A stretch of 64,000 bases of DNA. It comes from Eledone cirrhosa. Taxonomy: Eukaryota. The stretch is taken from NCBI GenBank assembly GCA_964016885.1, contig OZ024762.1:14508001-14572000 (forward strand). The letters are read 5' to 3'. A program made the translations under genes and the position numbers. Shown here piece by piece: positions 1 to 13,859 of this stretch (its first letter is position 1; the number at the start of each line of letters is the position of its first letter). The notes beneath the pieces were generated by a model. The model did not search any database. It saw only the letters and a program-made list of their open reading frames with translations, and was not told the DNA's origin.

Positions 1-3000
1 AGTATCAAATTATTCATCCTGAGCCACAAAAATTATAGGGTTAGCTTATGGTGAGTTTTTGTCCCCCCTGAGTATCAAATTGTTCATCCTGTGCCACAAA
101 AAATATAGGGTTAGCTTATGGTGAGAGTTTTTGTCCCCCCTGAGTATCAAATTGTTCATCCTGGGCCACAAAAATTATAGGGTTAGCTGATGGTGAGAGT
201 TTTTGTCCCCCCTGAGTATCAAATTGTTCATCCTGGGCCACAAAAAATATAGGGTTAGCTTATGGTGAGTTTTTGTCCCCCCTGAGTATCAAATTGTTCA
301 TCCTGGGCCACAAAAATTATAGGGTTAGCTTATGGTGAGAGTTTTTGTCCCCCGTGAGTATCAAATTGTTCATCCTGGGCCACAAAAATTATAGGGTTAG
401 CTTATGGTGAGAGTTTTTGTCCCCCCTGAGTATCAAATTGTTCATCCTGGGCCACAAAAAATATAGGGTTAGCTTATGGTGAGTTTTTGTCCCCCCTGAG
501 TATCAAATTGTTCATCCTGGGCCACAAAAATTATAGGGTTAGCTTATGGTGAGTTTTTGTCCCCCCTGAGTATCAAATTGTTCATCCTGGGCCACAAAAA
601 TTATAGGGTTAGCTTATGGTGAGAGTTTTTGTCCCCCCTGAGTATCAAATTGTTCATCCTGGGCCACAAAAATTATAGGGTTAGCTTATGGTGAGAGTGT
701 TTGTCCCCCCTGAGTATCAAATTGTTCATCCTGGGCCACAAAAAATATAGGGTTAGCTTATGGTGAGTTTTTGTCCCCCCTGAGTATCAAATTGTTCATC
801 CTGGGCCACAAAAATTATAGGGTTAGCTTATGGTGAGTTTTTGTCCCCCCTGAGTATCAAATTGTTCATCCTGGGCCACAAAAATTATAGGGTTAGCTTA
901 TGGTGAAAGTTTTTGTCCCCCCTGAGTATCAAATTGTTCATCCTGGGCCACAAAAATTATAGGGTTAGCTTATGGTGAGAGTTTTTGTCCCCCCTGAGTA
1001 TCAAATTGTTCATCCTGGGCCACAAAAATTATAGGGTTAGCTTATGGTGAGAGTTTTTGTCCCCCCCTGAGTATCAAATTGTTCATCCTGGGCCACAAAA
1101 ATTATAGGGTTAGCTTATGGTGAGAGTTTTTTTCCCCCCTGAGTATTAAATTGTTCATCCTGGGCCACAAAAATTATAGGGTTAGCTTATGGTAAGAGTT
1201 TTTGTCCCCCCCTGAGTATCAAATTGTTCATCCTGGGCCACAAAAATTATAGGGTTAGCTTATGGTAAGAGTTTTTGTCCCCCCCCTGAGTATCAAATTG
1301 TTCATCCTGGGCCACAAAAATTATAGGGTTAGCTTATGGTAAGAGTTTTTGTCATCCCCTGAGTATCAAATTGTTCATCCTGGGCCACAAAAATTATAGG
1401 GTTAGCTTATGGTAAGAGTTTTTGTCCCCCCCTGAGTATCAAATTGTTCATCCTGGGCCACAAAAATTATAGGGTTAGCTTATGGTGAGAGTTTTTGTCC
1501 TCCCTGAGTATCAAATTGTTCATCCTGGGCCACAAAAATTATAGGGTTAGCTTATGGTGAGAGTTTTTGTCCCCCCTGAGTATCAAATTGTTCATCCTGG
1601 GCCACAAAAAATATAGGGTTAGCTTATGGTGAGAGTTTTTGTCCCCTCGGAGTATCAAATTATTCATCCTGGGCCACAAAAATTATAGGGTTAGCTTATG
1701 GTGAGTTTTTGTCCCCCCTGAGTATCAAATTGTTCATCCTGTGCCACAAAAAATATAGGGTTAGCTTATGGTGAGAGTTTTTGTCCCCCCTGAGTATCAA
1801 ATTGTTCATCCTGGGCCACAAAAATTATAGGGTTAGCTTATGGTGAGAGTTTTTGTCCCCCCTGAGTATCAAATTGTTCATCCTGGGCCACAAAAAATAT
1901 AGGGTTAGCTTATGGTGAGTTTTTGTCCCCCCTGAGTATCAAATTGTTCATCCTGGGCCACAAAAATTATAGGGTTAGCTTATGGTGAGAGTTTTTGTCC
2001 CCCGTGAGTATCAAATTGATCATCCTGGGCCACAAAAATTATAGGGTTAGCTTATGGTGAGAGTTTTTGTCCCCCCTGAGTATCAAATTGTTCATCCTGG
2101 GCCACAAAAAATATAGGGTTAGCTTATGGTGAGTTTTTGTCCCCCCTGAGTATCAAATTGTTCATCCTGGGCCACAAAAATTATAGGGTTAGCTTATGGT
2201 GAGTTTTTGTCCCCCCTGAGTATCAAATTGTTCATCCTGGGCCACAAAAATTATAGGGTTAGCTTATGGTGAGAGTGTTTGTCCCCCCTGAGTATCAAAT
2301 TGTTCATCCTGGGCCACAAAAAATATAGGGTTAGCTTATGGTGAGTTTTTGTCCCCCCTGAGTATCAAATTGTTCATCCTGGGCCACAAAAATTATAGGG
2401 TTAGCTTATGGTGAGTTTTTGTCCCCCCTGAGTATCAAATTGTTCATCCTGGGCCACAAAAATTATAGGGTTAGCTTATGGTGAGAGTTTTTGTCCCCCC
2501 TGAGTATCAAATTGTTCATCCTGGGCCACAAAAATTATAGGGTTAGCTTATGGTGAGAGTTTTTGTCCCCCCTGAGTATCAAATTGTTCATCCTGGGCCA
2601 CAAAAATTATAGGGTTAGCTTATGGTGAGAGTTTTTGTCCCCCCTGAGTATCAAATTGTTCATCCTGGGCCACAAAAATTATAGGGTTAGCTTATGGTGA
2701 GAGTTTTTGTCCCCCCTGAGTATCAAATTGTTCATCCTGGGCCACAAAAATTATAGGGTTAGCTTATGGTGAGAGTTTTTGTCCCCCCTGAGTATCAAAT
2801 TGTTCATCCTGGGCCACAAAAATTATAGGGTTAGCTTATGGTGAGAGTTTTTGTCCCCCCTGAGTATCAAATTGTTCATCCTGGGCCACAAAAATTATAG
2901 GGTTAGCTTATGGTGAGAGTTTTTGTCCCCCCTGAGTATCAAATTGTTCATCCTGGGCCACAAAAATTATAGGGTTAGCTTATGGTGAGAGTTTTTGTCC

Positions 3001-6000
3001 CTCCTGAGTATCAAATTGTTCATCCTGGGCCACAAAAATTATAGGGTTAGCTTATGGTGAGAGTTTTTGTCCCCCCTGAGTATCCAATTGTTCATCCTGG
3101 GCCACAAAAATTATAGGGTTAGCTTATGGTGCGAGTTTTTGTCCCCCCTGAGTATCAAATTGTTCATCCTGGGTCACAAAAATTATAGGGTTAGCTTATG
3201 GTAAGAGTTTTTGTCCCCCCTCCTGAGTATCAAATTGTTCATCCTGGGCCACAAAAATTATAGGGTTAGCTTATGGTGAGAGTTTTTGTCCCCCCTGAGT
3301 ATCAAATTGTTCATCCTGGGCCACAAAAATTATAGGGTTAGCTTATGGTGAGAGTTTTTGTCCTCCCTGAGTATCAAATTGTTCATCCTGGGCCACAAAA
3401 AATATAGGGTTAGCTTATGGTGAGAGTTTTTGTCCCCCCCTGAGTATCAAATTGTTCATCCTGGGCCACAAAAAATATAGGGTTAGCTTATGGTGAGAGT
3501 TTTTGTCCTCCCTGTATATCAAATTGTTCATCCTGGGCCACAAAAAATATAGGGTTAGCTTATGGTGAGAGTTTTTGTCCCCCCCTGAGTATCAAATTGT
3601 TCATCCTGGGCCACAAAAATTATAGGGTTAGCTTATGGTGAGAGTTTTTGTCCTCCCTGAGTATCAAATTGTTCATCCTGGGCCACAAAAAATATAGGGT
3701 TAGCTTATGGTGAGTTTTTGTCCCCCCTGAGTATCAAATTGTTCATCCTGGGCCACAAAAATTATAGGGTTAGCTTATGGTGAGTTTTTGTCCCCCCTGA
3801 GTATCAAATTGTTCATCCTGGGCCACAAAAATTATAGGGTTAGCTTATGGTGAGAGTTTTTGTCCCCCCCTGAGTATCAAATTGTTCATCCTGGGCCACA
3901 AAAATTATAGGGTTAGCTTATGGTGAGAGTTTTTGTCCCCCTCTGAGTATCAAATTGTTCATCCTGGGCCACAAAAATTATAGGGTTAGCTTATGGTGAG
4001 AGTTTTTGTCCCCCCCTGAGTATCAAATTGTTCATCCTGGGCCACAAAAATTATAGGGTTAGCTTATGGTAAGAGTTTTTGTCCCCCCCTGAGTATCAAA
4101 TTGTTCATCCTGGGCCACAAAAATTATAGGGTTAGCTTATGGTAAGAGTTTTTGTCCCCCCCCTGAGTATCAAATTGTTCATCCTGGGCCACAAAAATTA
4201 TAGGGTTAGCTTATGGTAAGAGTTTTTGTCCCCCCCCTGAGTATCAAATTGTTCATCCTGGGCCACAAAAATTATAGGGTTAGCTTATGGTGAGAGTGTT
4301 TGTCCCCCCTGAGTATCAAATTGTTCATCCTGGGCCACAAAAATTATAGGGTTAGCTTATGGTGAGAGTTTTTTTCCCCCCTGAGTATCAAATTGTTCAT
4401 CCTGGGCCACAAAAATTATAGGGTTAGCTTATGGTAAGAGTTTTTGTCCCCCCCTGAGTATCAAATTGTTCATCCTGGGCCACAAAAATTATAGGGTTAG
4501 CTTATGGTAAGAGTTTTTGTCCCCCCCTGAGTATCAAATTGTTCATCCTGGGCCACAAAAATTATAGGGTTAGCTTATGGTAAGAGTTTTTGTCCCCCCC
4601 TGAGTATCAAATTGTTCATCCTGGGCCACAAAAATTATAGGGTTAGCTTATGGTAAGAGTTTTTGTCCCCCCCTGAGTATCAAATTGTTCATCCTGGGCC
4701 ACAAAAATTATAGGGTTAGCTTATGGTGAGAGTTTTTGTCCTCCCTGAGTATCAAATTGTTCATCCTGGGCCACAAAAATTATAGGGTTAGCTTATGGTG
4801 AGAGTTTTTGTCCCCCCTGAGTATCAAATTGTTCATCCTGGGCCACAAAAAATATAGGGTTAGCTTATGGTGAGAGTTTTTGTCCCCTCGGAGTATCAAA
4901 TTATTCATCCTGGGCCACAAAAATTATAGGGTTAGCTTATGGTGAGTTTTTGTCCCCCCTGAGTATCAAATTGTTCATCCTGTGCCACAAAAAATATAGG
5001 GTTAGCTTATGGTGAGAGTTTTTGTCCCCCCTGAGTATCAAATTGTTCATCCTGGGCCACAAAAATTATAGGGTTAGCTTATGGTGAGAGTTTTTGTCCC
5101 CCCTGAGTATCAAATTGTTCATCCTGGGCCACAAAAAATATAGGGTTAGCTTATGGTGAGTTTTTGTCCCCCCTGAGTATCAAATTGTTCATCCTGGGCC
5201 ACAAAAATTATAGGGTTAGCTTATGGTGAGAGTTTTTGTCCCCCGTGAGTATCAAATTGTTCATCCTGGGCCACAAAAATTATAGGGTTAGCTTATGGTG
5301 AGAGTTTTTGTCCCCCCTGAGTATCAAATTGTTCATCCTGGGCCACAAAAAATATAGGGTTAGCTTATGGTGAGTTTTTGTCCCCCCTGAGTATCAAATT
5401 GTTCATCCTGGGCCACAAAAATTATAGGGTTAGCTTATGGTGAGTTTTTGTCCCCCCTGAGTATCAAATTGTTCATCCTGGGCCACAAAAATTATAGGGT
5501 TAGCTTATGGTGAGAGTTTTTGTCCCCCCTGAGTATCAAATTGTTCATCCTGGGCCACAAAAAATATAGGGTTAGCTTATGGTGAGTTTTTGTCCCCCCT
5601 GAGTATCAAATTGTTCATCCTGGGCCACAAAAATTATAGGGTTAGCTTATGGTGAGTTTTTGTCCCCCCTGAGTATCAAATTGTTCATCCTGGGCCACAA
5701 AAATTATAGGGTTAGCTTATGGTGAGAGTTTTTGTCCCCCCTGAGTATCAAATTGTTCATCCTGCGCCACAAAAATTATAGGGTTAGCTTATGGTGAGAG
5801 TTTTTGTCCCCCCTGAGTATCAAATTGTTCATCCTGGGCCACAAAAATTATAGGGTTAGCTTATGGTGAGAGTTTTTGTCCCCCCTGAGTATCAAATTGT
5901 TCATCCTGGGCCACAAAAATTATAGGGTTAGCTTATGGTGAGAGTTTTTGTCCCCCCTGAGTATCAAATTGTTCATCCTGGGCCACAAAAATTATAGGGT

Positions 6001-9000
6001 TAGCTTATGGTGAGAGTTTTTGTCCCCCCTGAGTATCAAATTGTTCATCCTGGGCCACAAAAATTATAGGGTTAGCTTATGGTGAGAGTTTTTGTCCTCC
6101 CTGAGTATCAAATTGTTCATCCTGGGCCACAAAAAATATAGGGTTAGCTTATGGTGAGAGTTTTTGTCCCCCCCTGAGTATCAAATTGTTCATCCTGGGC
6201 CACAAAAATTATAGGGTTAGCTTATGGTGAGAGTTTTTGTCCTCCCTGAGTATCAAATTGTTCATCCTGGGCCACAAAAAATATAGGGTTAGCTTATGGT
6301 GAGTTTTTGTCCCCCCTGAGTATCAAATTGTTCATCCTGGGCCACAAAAATTATAGGGTTAGCTTATGGTGAGTTTTTGTCCCCCCTGAGTATCAAATTG
6401 TTCATCCTGGGCCACAAAATTTATAGGGTTAGCTTATGGTGAGAGTTTTTGTCCCCCCCTGAGTATCAAATTGTTCATCCTGGGCCACAAAAATTATAGG
6501 GTTAGCTTATGGTGAGAGTTTTTGTCCCCCTCTGAGTATCAAATTGTTCATCCTGGGCCACAAAAATTATAGGGTTAGCTTATGGTGAGAGTTTTTGTCC
6601 CCCCCTGAGTATCAAATTGTTCATCCTGGGCCACAAAAATTATAGGGTTAGCTTATGGTAAGAGTTTTTGTCCCCCCCTGAGTATCAAATTGTTCATCCT
6701 GGGCCACAAAAATTATAGGGTTAGCTTATGGTAAGAGTTTTTGTCCCCCCCCTGAGTATCAAATTGTTCATCCTGGGCCACAAAAATTATAGGGTTAGCT
6801 TATGGTAAGAGTTTTTGTCCCCCCCTGAGTATCAAATTGTTCATCCTGGGCCACAAAAATTATAGGGTTAGCTTATGGTGAGAGTTTTTGTCCCTCCCTG
6901 AGTATCAAATTGTTCATCCTGGGCCACAAAAATTATAGGGTTAGCTTATGGTGAGAGTTTTTTTCCCCCCTGAGTATCAAATTGTTCATCCTGGGCCACA
7001 AAAATTATAGGGTTAGCTTATGGTAAGAGTTTTTGTCCCCCCCTGAGTATCAAATTGTTCATCCTGGGCCACAAAAATTATAGGGTTAGCTTATGGTAAG
7101 AGTTTTTGTCCCCCCCCTGAGTATCAAATTGTTCATCCTGGGCCACAAAAATTATAGGGTTAGCTTATGGTAAGAGTTTTTGTCCCCCCCTGAGTATCAA
7201 ATTGTTCATCCTGGGCCACAAAAATTATAGGGTTAGCTTATGGTAAGAGTTTTTGTCCTCCCTGAGTATCAAATTGTTCATCCTGGGCCACAAAAATTAT
7301 AGGGTTAGCTTAAGGTGAGAGTTTTTGTCCTCCCTGAGTATCAAATTGTTCATCCTGGGCCACAAAAATTATAGGGTTAGCTTATGGTGAGAGTTTTTGT
7401 CCTCCCCGAGTATCAAATTGTTCATCCTGGGCCACAAAAATTATAGGTTTAGCTTATGGTGAGAGTTTTTGTCCTCCCCGAGTATCAAATTGTTCATCCT
7501 GGGCCACAAAAATTATAGGGTTAGCTTATGGTGAGAGTTTTTGTCCCCCCTGAGTATCAAATTGTTCATCCTGGGCCACAAAAAATATAGGGTTAGCTTA
7601 TGGTGAGAGTTTTTGTCCCCTCGGAGTATCAAATTATTCATCCTGAGCCACAAAAATTATAGGGTTAGCTTATGGTGAGTTTTTGTCCCCCCTGAGTATC
7701 AAATTGTTCATCCTGTGCCACAAAAAATATAGGGTTAGCTTATGGTGAGAGTTTTTGTCCCCCCTGAGTATCAAATTGTTCATCCTGGGCCACAAAAATT
7801 ATAGGGTTAGCTTATGGTGAGAGTTTTTGTCCCCCCTGAGTATCAAATTGTTCATCCTGGGCCACAAAAAATATAGGGTTAGCTTATGGTGAGTTTTTGT
7901 CCCCCCTGAGTATCAAATTGTTCATCCTGGGCCACAAAAATTATAGGGTTAGCTTATGGTGAGAGTTTTTGTCCCCCGTGAGTATCAAATTGTTCATCCT
8001 GGGCCACAAAAATTATAGGGTTAGCTTATGGTGAGAGTTTTTGTCCCCCCTGAGTATCAAATTGTTCATCCTGGGCCACAAAAAATATAGGGTTAGCTTA
8101 TGGTGAGTTTTTGTCCCCCCTGAGTATCAAATTGTTCATCCTGGGCCACAAAAATTATAGGGTTAGCTTATGGTGAGTTTTTGTCCCCCCTGAGTATCAA
8201 ATTGTTCATCCTGGGCCACAAAAATTATAGGGTTAGCTTATGGTGAGAGTTTTTGTCCCCCCTGAGTATCAAATTGTTCATCCTGGGCCACAAAAATTAT
8301 AGGGTTAGCTTATGGTGAGAGTGTTTGTCCCCCCTGAGTATCAAATTGTTCATCCTGGGCCACAAAAAATATAGGGTTAGCTTATGGTGAGTTTTTGTCC
8401 CCCCTGAGTATCAAATTGTTCATCCTGGGACACAAAAATTATAGGGTTAGCTTATGGTGAGTTTTTGTCCCCCCTGAGTATCAAATTGTTCATCCTGGGC
8501 CACAAAAATTATAGGGTTAGCTTATGGTGAGAGTTTTTGTCCCCCCTGAGTATCAAATTGTTCATCCTGGGCCACAAAAATTATAGGGTTAGCTTATGGT
8601 GAGAGTTTTTGTCCCCCCTGAGTATCAAATTGTTCATCCTGGGCCACAAAAATTATAGGGTTAGCTTATGGTGAGAGTTTTTGTCCCCCCTGAGTATCAA
8701 ATTGTTCATCCTGGGCCACAAAAATTATAGGGTTAGCTTATGGTGAGAGTTTTTGTCCCCCGTGAGTATCAAATTGTTCATCCTGGGCCACAAAAATTAT
8801 AGGGTTAGCTTATGGTGAGAGTTTTTGTCCCCCCTGAGTATCAAATTGTTCATCCTGGGCCACAAAAAATATAGGGTTAGCTTATGGTGAGTTTTTGTCC
8901 CCCCTGAGTATCAAATTGTTCATCCTGGGCCACAAAAATTATAGGGTTAGCTTATGGTGAGTTTTTGTCCCCCCTGAGTATCAAATTGTTCATCCTGGGC

Positions 9001-10868
9001 CACAAAAATTATAGGGTTAGCTTATGGTGAGAGTTTTTGTCCCCCCTGAGTATCAAATTGTTCATCCTGGGCCACAAAAATTATAGGGTTAGCTTATGGT
9101 GAGAGTGTTTGTCCCCCCTGAGTATCAAATTGTTCATCCTGGGCCACAAAAAATATAGGGTTAGCTTATGGTGAGTTTTTGTCCCCCCTGAGTATCAAAT
9201 TGTTCATCCTGGGCCACAAAAATTATAGGGTTAGCTTATGGTGAGTTTTTGTCCCCCCTGAGTATCAAATTGTTCATCCTGGGCCACAAAAATTATAGGG
9301 TTAGCTTATGGTGAGAGTTTTTGTCCCCCCTGAGTATCAAATTGTTCATCCTGGGCCACAAAAATTATAGGGTTAGCTTATGGTGAGAGTTTTTGTCCCC
9401 CCTGAGTATCAAATTGTTCATCCTGGGCCACAAAAATTATAGGGTTAGCTTATGGTGAGAGTTTTTGTCCCCCCTGAGTATCAAATTGTTCATCCTGGGC
9501 CACAAAAATTATAGGGTTAGCTTATGGTGAGAGTTTTTGTCCCCCCTGAGTATCAAATTGTTCATCCTGGGCCACAAAAATTATAGGGTTAGCTTATGGT
9601 GAGAGTTTTTGTCCCCCCTGAGTATCAAATTGTTCATCCTGGGCCACAAAAATTATAGGGTTAGCTTATGGTGAGAGTTTTTGTCCCTCCTGAGTATCAA
9701 ATTGTTCATCCTGGGCCACAAAAATTATAGGGTTAGCTTATGGTGAGAGTTTTTGTCCCCCCTGAGTATCAAATTGTTCATCCTGGGCCACAAAAATTAT
9801 AGGGTTAGCTTATGGTAAGAGTTTTTGTCCCCCCTCCTGAGTATCAAATTGTTCATCCTGGGCCACAAAAATTATAGGGTTAGCTTATGGTGAGAGTTTT
9901 TGTCCCCCCTGAGTATCAAATTGTTCATCCTGGGCCACAAAAATTATAGGGTTAGCTTATGGTGAGAGTTTTTGTCCTCCCTGAGTATCAAATTGTTCAT
10001 CCTGGGCCACAAAAAATATAGGGTTAGCTTATGGTGAGAGTTTTTGTCCCCCCCTGAGTATCAAATTGTTCATCCTGGGCCACAAAAAATATAGGGTTAG
10101 CTTATGGTGAGAGTTTTTGTCCTCCCTGAGTATCAAATTGTTCATCCTGGGCCACAAAAAATATAGGGTTAGCTTATGGTGAGAGTTTTTGTCCCCCCCT
10201 GAGTATCAAATTGTTCATCCTGGGCCACAAAAATTATAGGGTTAGCTTATGGTGAGAGTTTTTGTCCCCCCTGAGTATCAAATTGTTCATCCTGGGCCAC
10301 AAAAAATATAGGGTTAGCTTATGGTGAGAGTTTTTGTCCTCCCTGAGTATCAAATTGTTCATCCTGGGCCACAAAAAATATAGGGTTAGCTTATGGTGAG
10401 AGTTTTTGTCCTCCCTGAGTATCAAATTGTTCATCCTGGGCCACAAAAATTATAGGGTTAGCTTATGGTGAGAGTTTTTGTCCTCCCTGAGTATCAAATT
10501 GTTCATCCTGGGCCACAAAAAATATAGGGTTAGCTTATGGTGAGAGCTTTGACACCTTTACATATCAAATTGTTCATTGTCTAAAGTCTGTCTTAAGCCA
10601 TTACTCTATATTTACAATTGTATATTTACGGGAAGGGCTTTACCTCACATAATATTGAATCTATGAGATTTTGATATTATTTATTTTGAGAACAATACGT
10701 TAATGTCAGTATGAGTAGCCAGTTTGAATAGAAAGAGGTGAGAGAAACCTGGGCCACAAAATTAGGGTGTGCTTATGGTGAGAGTTTTTGACCCCTTTCA
10801 AATTGTTCATTATGGGCAACAAAAAATATAGGGTTAGCCTATGGTGAGAGCTTTTGCGCTCCCCCCTC
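1..10868. repeat. 72-bp (70-74 bp) satellite array, about 147 copies, intronic in CFAP45; truncated by the window start
   Basis: Unit AGTATCAAATTGTTCATCCTGGGCCACAAAAATTATAGGGTTAGCTTATGGTGAGAGTTTTTGTCCCCCCTG repeats continuously to about 10578. Degenerate units resume at 10748-10868 after a ~170-bp insertion. Confidence 0.99.
10597..10750 (-). mobile_element. Internal fragment of the piggyBac-type MITE family (see 32330-32506) interrupting the satellite edge
   Basis: Reverse-complement similarity to 32345-32490 (GATATTATTTATTTTGA.AACAATAC.TTAA..TCAGTATGAG...GTTTGAA.AGAAAGAGGTGAGAG); also matches 31221-31310. Confidence 0.75.
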
Positions 10869-10898
10869 CACACACCACCACCCCTCCCCCTTACTTAC

Positions 10899-11246
10899 CC
10901 TCAAAGCAATCTGTTTCTGCTTCCTCTTCTGTTCGTACTGCACCTCGTCTTTAACCAATTGCTCCAGCTTCTTCTCCACCTCCAGAGTTTCCCTCTCCTT
11001 CAGTTCCATCTGTCTCAGTTTCTTCTCCTCCCCCTTCGATATCTGCTCGCGCAGCTTCACGGCACCCATGTGCCTCGCTATCTTACGGGAGTTCGCGATT
11101 TCCTCCTGCACCAGAATGGCATTCTTCCGATCAATCTCCATCATCTGGTCCAGCCTCATCTCCTCCAATTCTGCATCTTTTTTTATCTTTTTCTTCTCCT
11201 CCAGTTGAGCATCTCTGATCGCATGGCACTTTGCTTCCTGAATCAC
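10899..11246 (-). CDS. CFAP45: CFAP45 (CCDC19) coding exon 5
   Basis: VIQEAKCHAIRDAQLEEKKKIKK...EEMRLDQMMEIDR matches the CFAP45 motif AKCHAIRDAQILEK...RLDQMMEVER as I recall it. Acceptor ctgacag, donor AGG|gtaagt, 348 bp, phase 0/0. Confidence 0.95.
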
Positions 11247-11366
11247 CTGTCAGGTGGTAGTTAGAAGGTGACATGTATTATTACTGTTTATAGCAGATAT
11301 CTGGCTACTCAGCCGTTGATATGCATAAGGTAAGTATATACGTTCAACAATCTGGCAGGAAGGTAT

Positions 11367-11409
11367 ACGTTGCTGATGATAGTTAATAAGCTTGAAACTA
11401 GTACAGCGT
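11367..11409 (+). ncRNA. Minimal type I hammerhead ribozyme
   Basis: acgttg CTGATGA t-agtt-aata-agct-t GAAA ctag TA cagcgt: stem I, intact core, palindromic stem III (ACTAGT), GUA triplet. Confidence 0.85.
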
Positions 11410-11786
11410 TCCTTTGTCAGTGTTGAACAAACGAGCAACGATGGTTGCTAGACACTACGGCTTAATACGGGATGTTTGTTTACAAACACACCAAGCATTA
11501 TAATAAATGTTCGGTGAATCCATACGTACATATATATATGTGTGCATGTATGTATGTATATATACATACTACTGTACGTCTGTATACATATATGTATGTA
11601 CGTGTACATACTTATATTTAAGTAACAGCCGTACTAAGAGTGGGAAATGAAATTTTGTTTCATTTTTTCCGTTTATCGTTTTCGGTGCACCCGGCCGATT
11701 GACCCACTCGATATACAGATTGGGCTACTCAGCCGTTAATATGCATAAGGTAAGTATATACGTTCAACAATCTGGCAGGAAGGTAT

Positions 11787-11829
11787 ACGTTGCTGACGAT
11801 AGCTAATAAGCTTGAAGCTAGTACAGCGT
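11787..11829 (+). ncRNA. Second hammerhead copy (GAAG variant)
   Basis: acgttg CTGACGA t-agct-aata-agct-t GAAG ctag TA cagcgt. The A15.1>G change probably impairs activity. Confidence 0.65.
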
Positions 11830-12032
11830 TCCTTTGTCAGTGTTGAACAAACGAGCAACGATGGTTGCTAGACACTACGGCTTAATACGGTATGTTTGTT
11901 TACAAACACACCGAGCATTATAATAAATGTTCGGTGAATCAATACGTACATATATATATGTGTGCATGTATGTATATATATATACATACTACTGTACGTC
12001 TGTATACATATATGTATGTATGTGTACAAACT

Positions 12033-12817
<785 letters not shown>

Positions 12818-12969
12818 TAGATTTTGAGTATATGTTGGTTGTATACCAACACCTCAGTATGCAGGCTGGAGCACTCGACGAAGTGCGCAGGTTGGTTTGG
12901 TTACTCCGGAGTAATGTAAAATAAAGTTAAATAAAAAGTCAAATGTTTAAAATTTAGCTTCGTTTATTA

Positions 12970-13022
12970 CTGCTATATATATTTCAGTGACAGCCATCTT
13001 TGGCTGTGACCTCTTCAGGCAG
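12970..13022 (-). ncRNA. Minimal type I hammerhead ribozyme, sense within a CFAP45 intron
   Basis: Minus strand: ctgc CTGAAGA ggtcacagcc-aaagat-ggctgtcact GAAA tatata TA gcag. Confidence 0.8.
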
Positions 13023-13323
13023 TCTGAATTAGTGTGGTATAGACAAGTACATATGTTGTTGAGGTGTTTAATATTGTCAATACTCTGATATGCCCAGTTC
13101 CTGGTTGGGTTCTTATTTCACTGAGTAACTGGAATCGTAAGATTCCAGTTCCTCAGTGAAATAACAACCCAACCATACTTATATATATATATACATATAT
13201 ATACATATATATATATATACATATATATACATATATATATATATATATACATATATATGCATTTGCATTCTTTATTCTATGTTCATACCTGCATTGTTTT
13301 GGCTTTATTATACATATACAAAT

Positions 13324-13384
<61 letters not shown>

Positions 13385-13459
13385 CACACACATATATAAA
13401 TATATATATATATATATATACACACATACATATATATATATAAATATATATATATACAC

Positions 13460-13501
<42 letters not shown>

Positions 13502-13636
13502 ATATGTATATATGTACACACATATATCTATATAAATATATATATACATACACACATATATATATATATATGTATATGTGTGTGTATGTATATATATATA
13601 CATATACATGTGTGTGTGTGTGTGTGAAAAATATAT

Positions 13637-13667
<31 letters not shown>

Positions 13668-13672
13668 CTCAC

Positions 13673-13843
13673 CCCATTCAGGTGTTTTATTTTATCTTCC
13701 TCCTCTTTACGTCTCTCGTTTGCCTTTTCCCGGAGGTTCTCAGCATTTAATTTCGCCTCCATGTCAAAGTCACACAGTATCTTATCAGACTCACGTTGTT
13801 TGTCGAGTTTTCTCATTCTTGCTTCACGTTCAAGTCGTTGTTG
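13673..13843 (-). CDS. CFAP45: CFAP45 coding exon 4
   Basis: [14 protein letters not shown]...[21 protein letters not shown] is coiled-coil-like and collinear with CFAP45. Acceptor aaaacag, donor GGG|gtgagt, 171 bp, phase 0/0. Confidence 0.92.
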
Positions 13844-13859
13844 CTGTTTTAGCAAAGAG

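Noticed and set aside
10234-10446. 24-aa repeat ORF in the satellite
   Set aside because: Arises from the 72-bp period; neighbouring units carry stops and frame-breaking length variants.
1-10560. CRISPR-like or telomeric interpretation of the satellite (contains AGGGTTAG)
   Set aside because: No unique spacers, eukaryotic context, and only one partial TTAGGG-like motif per unit.
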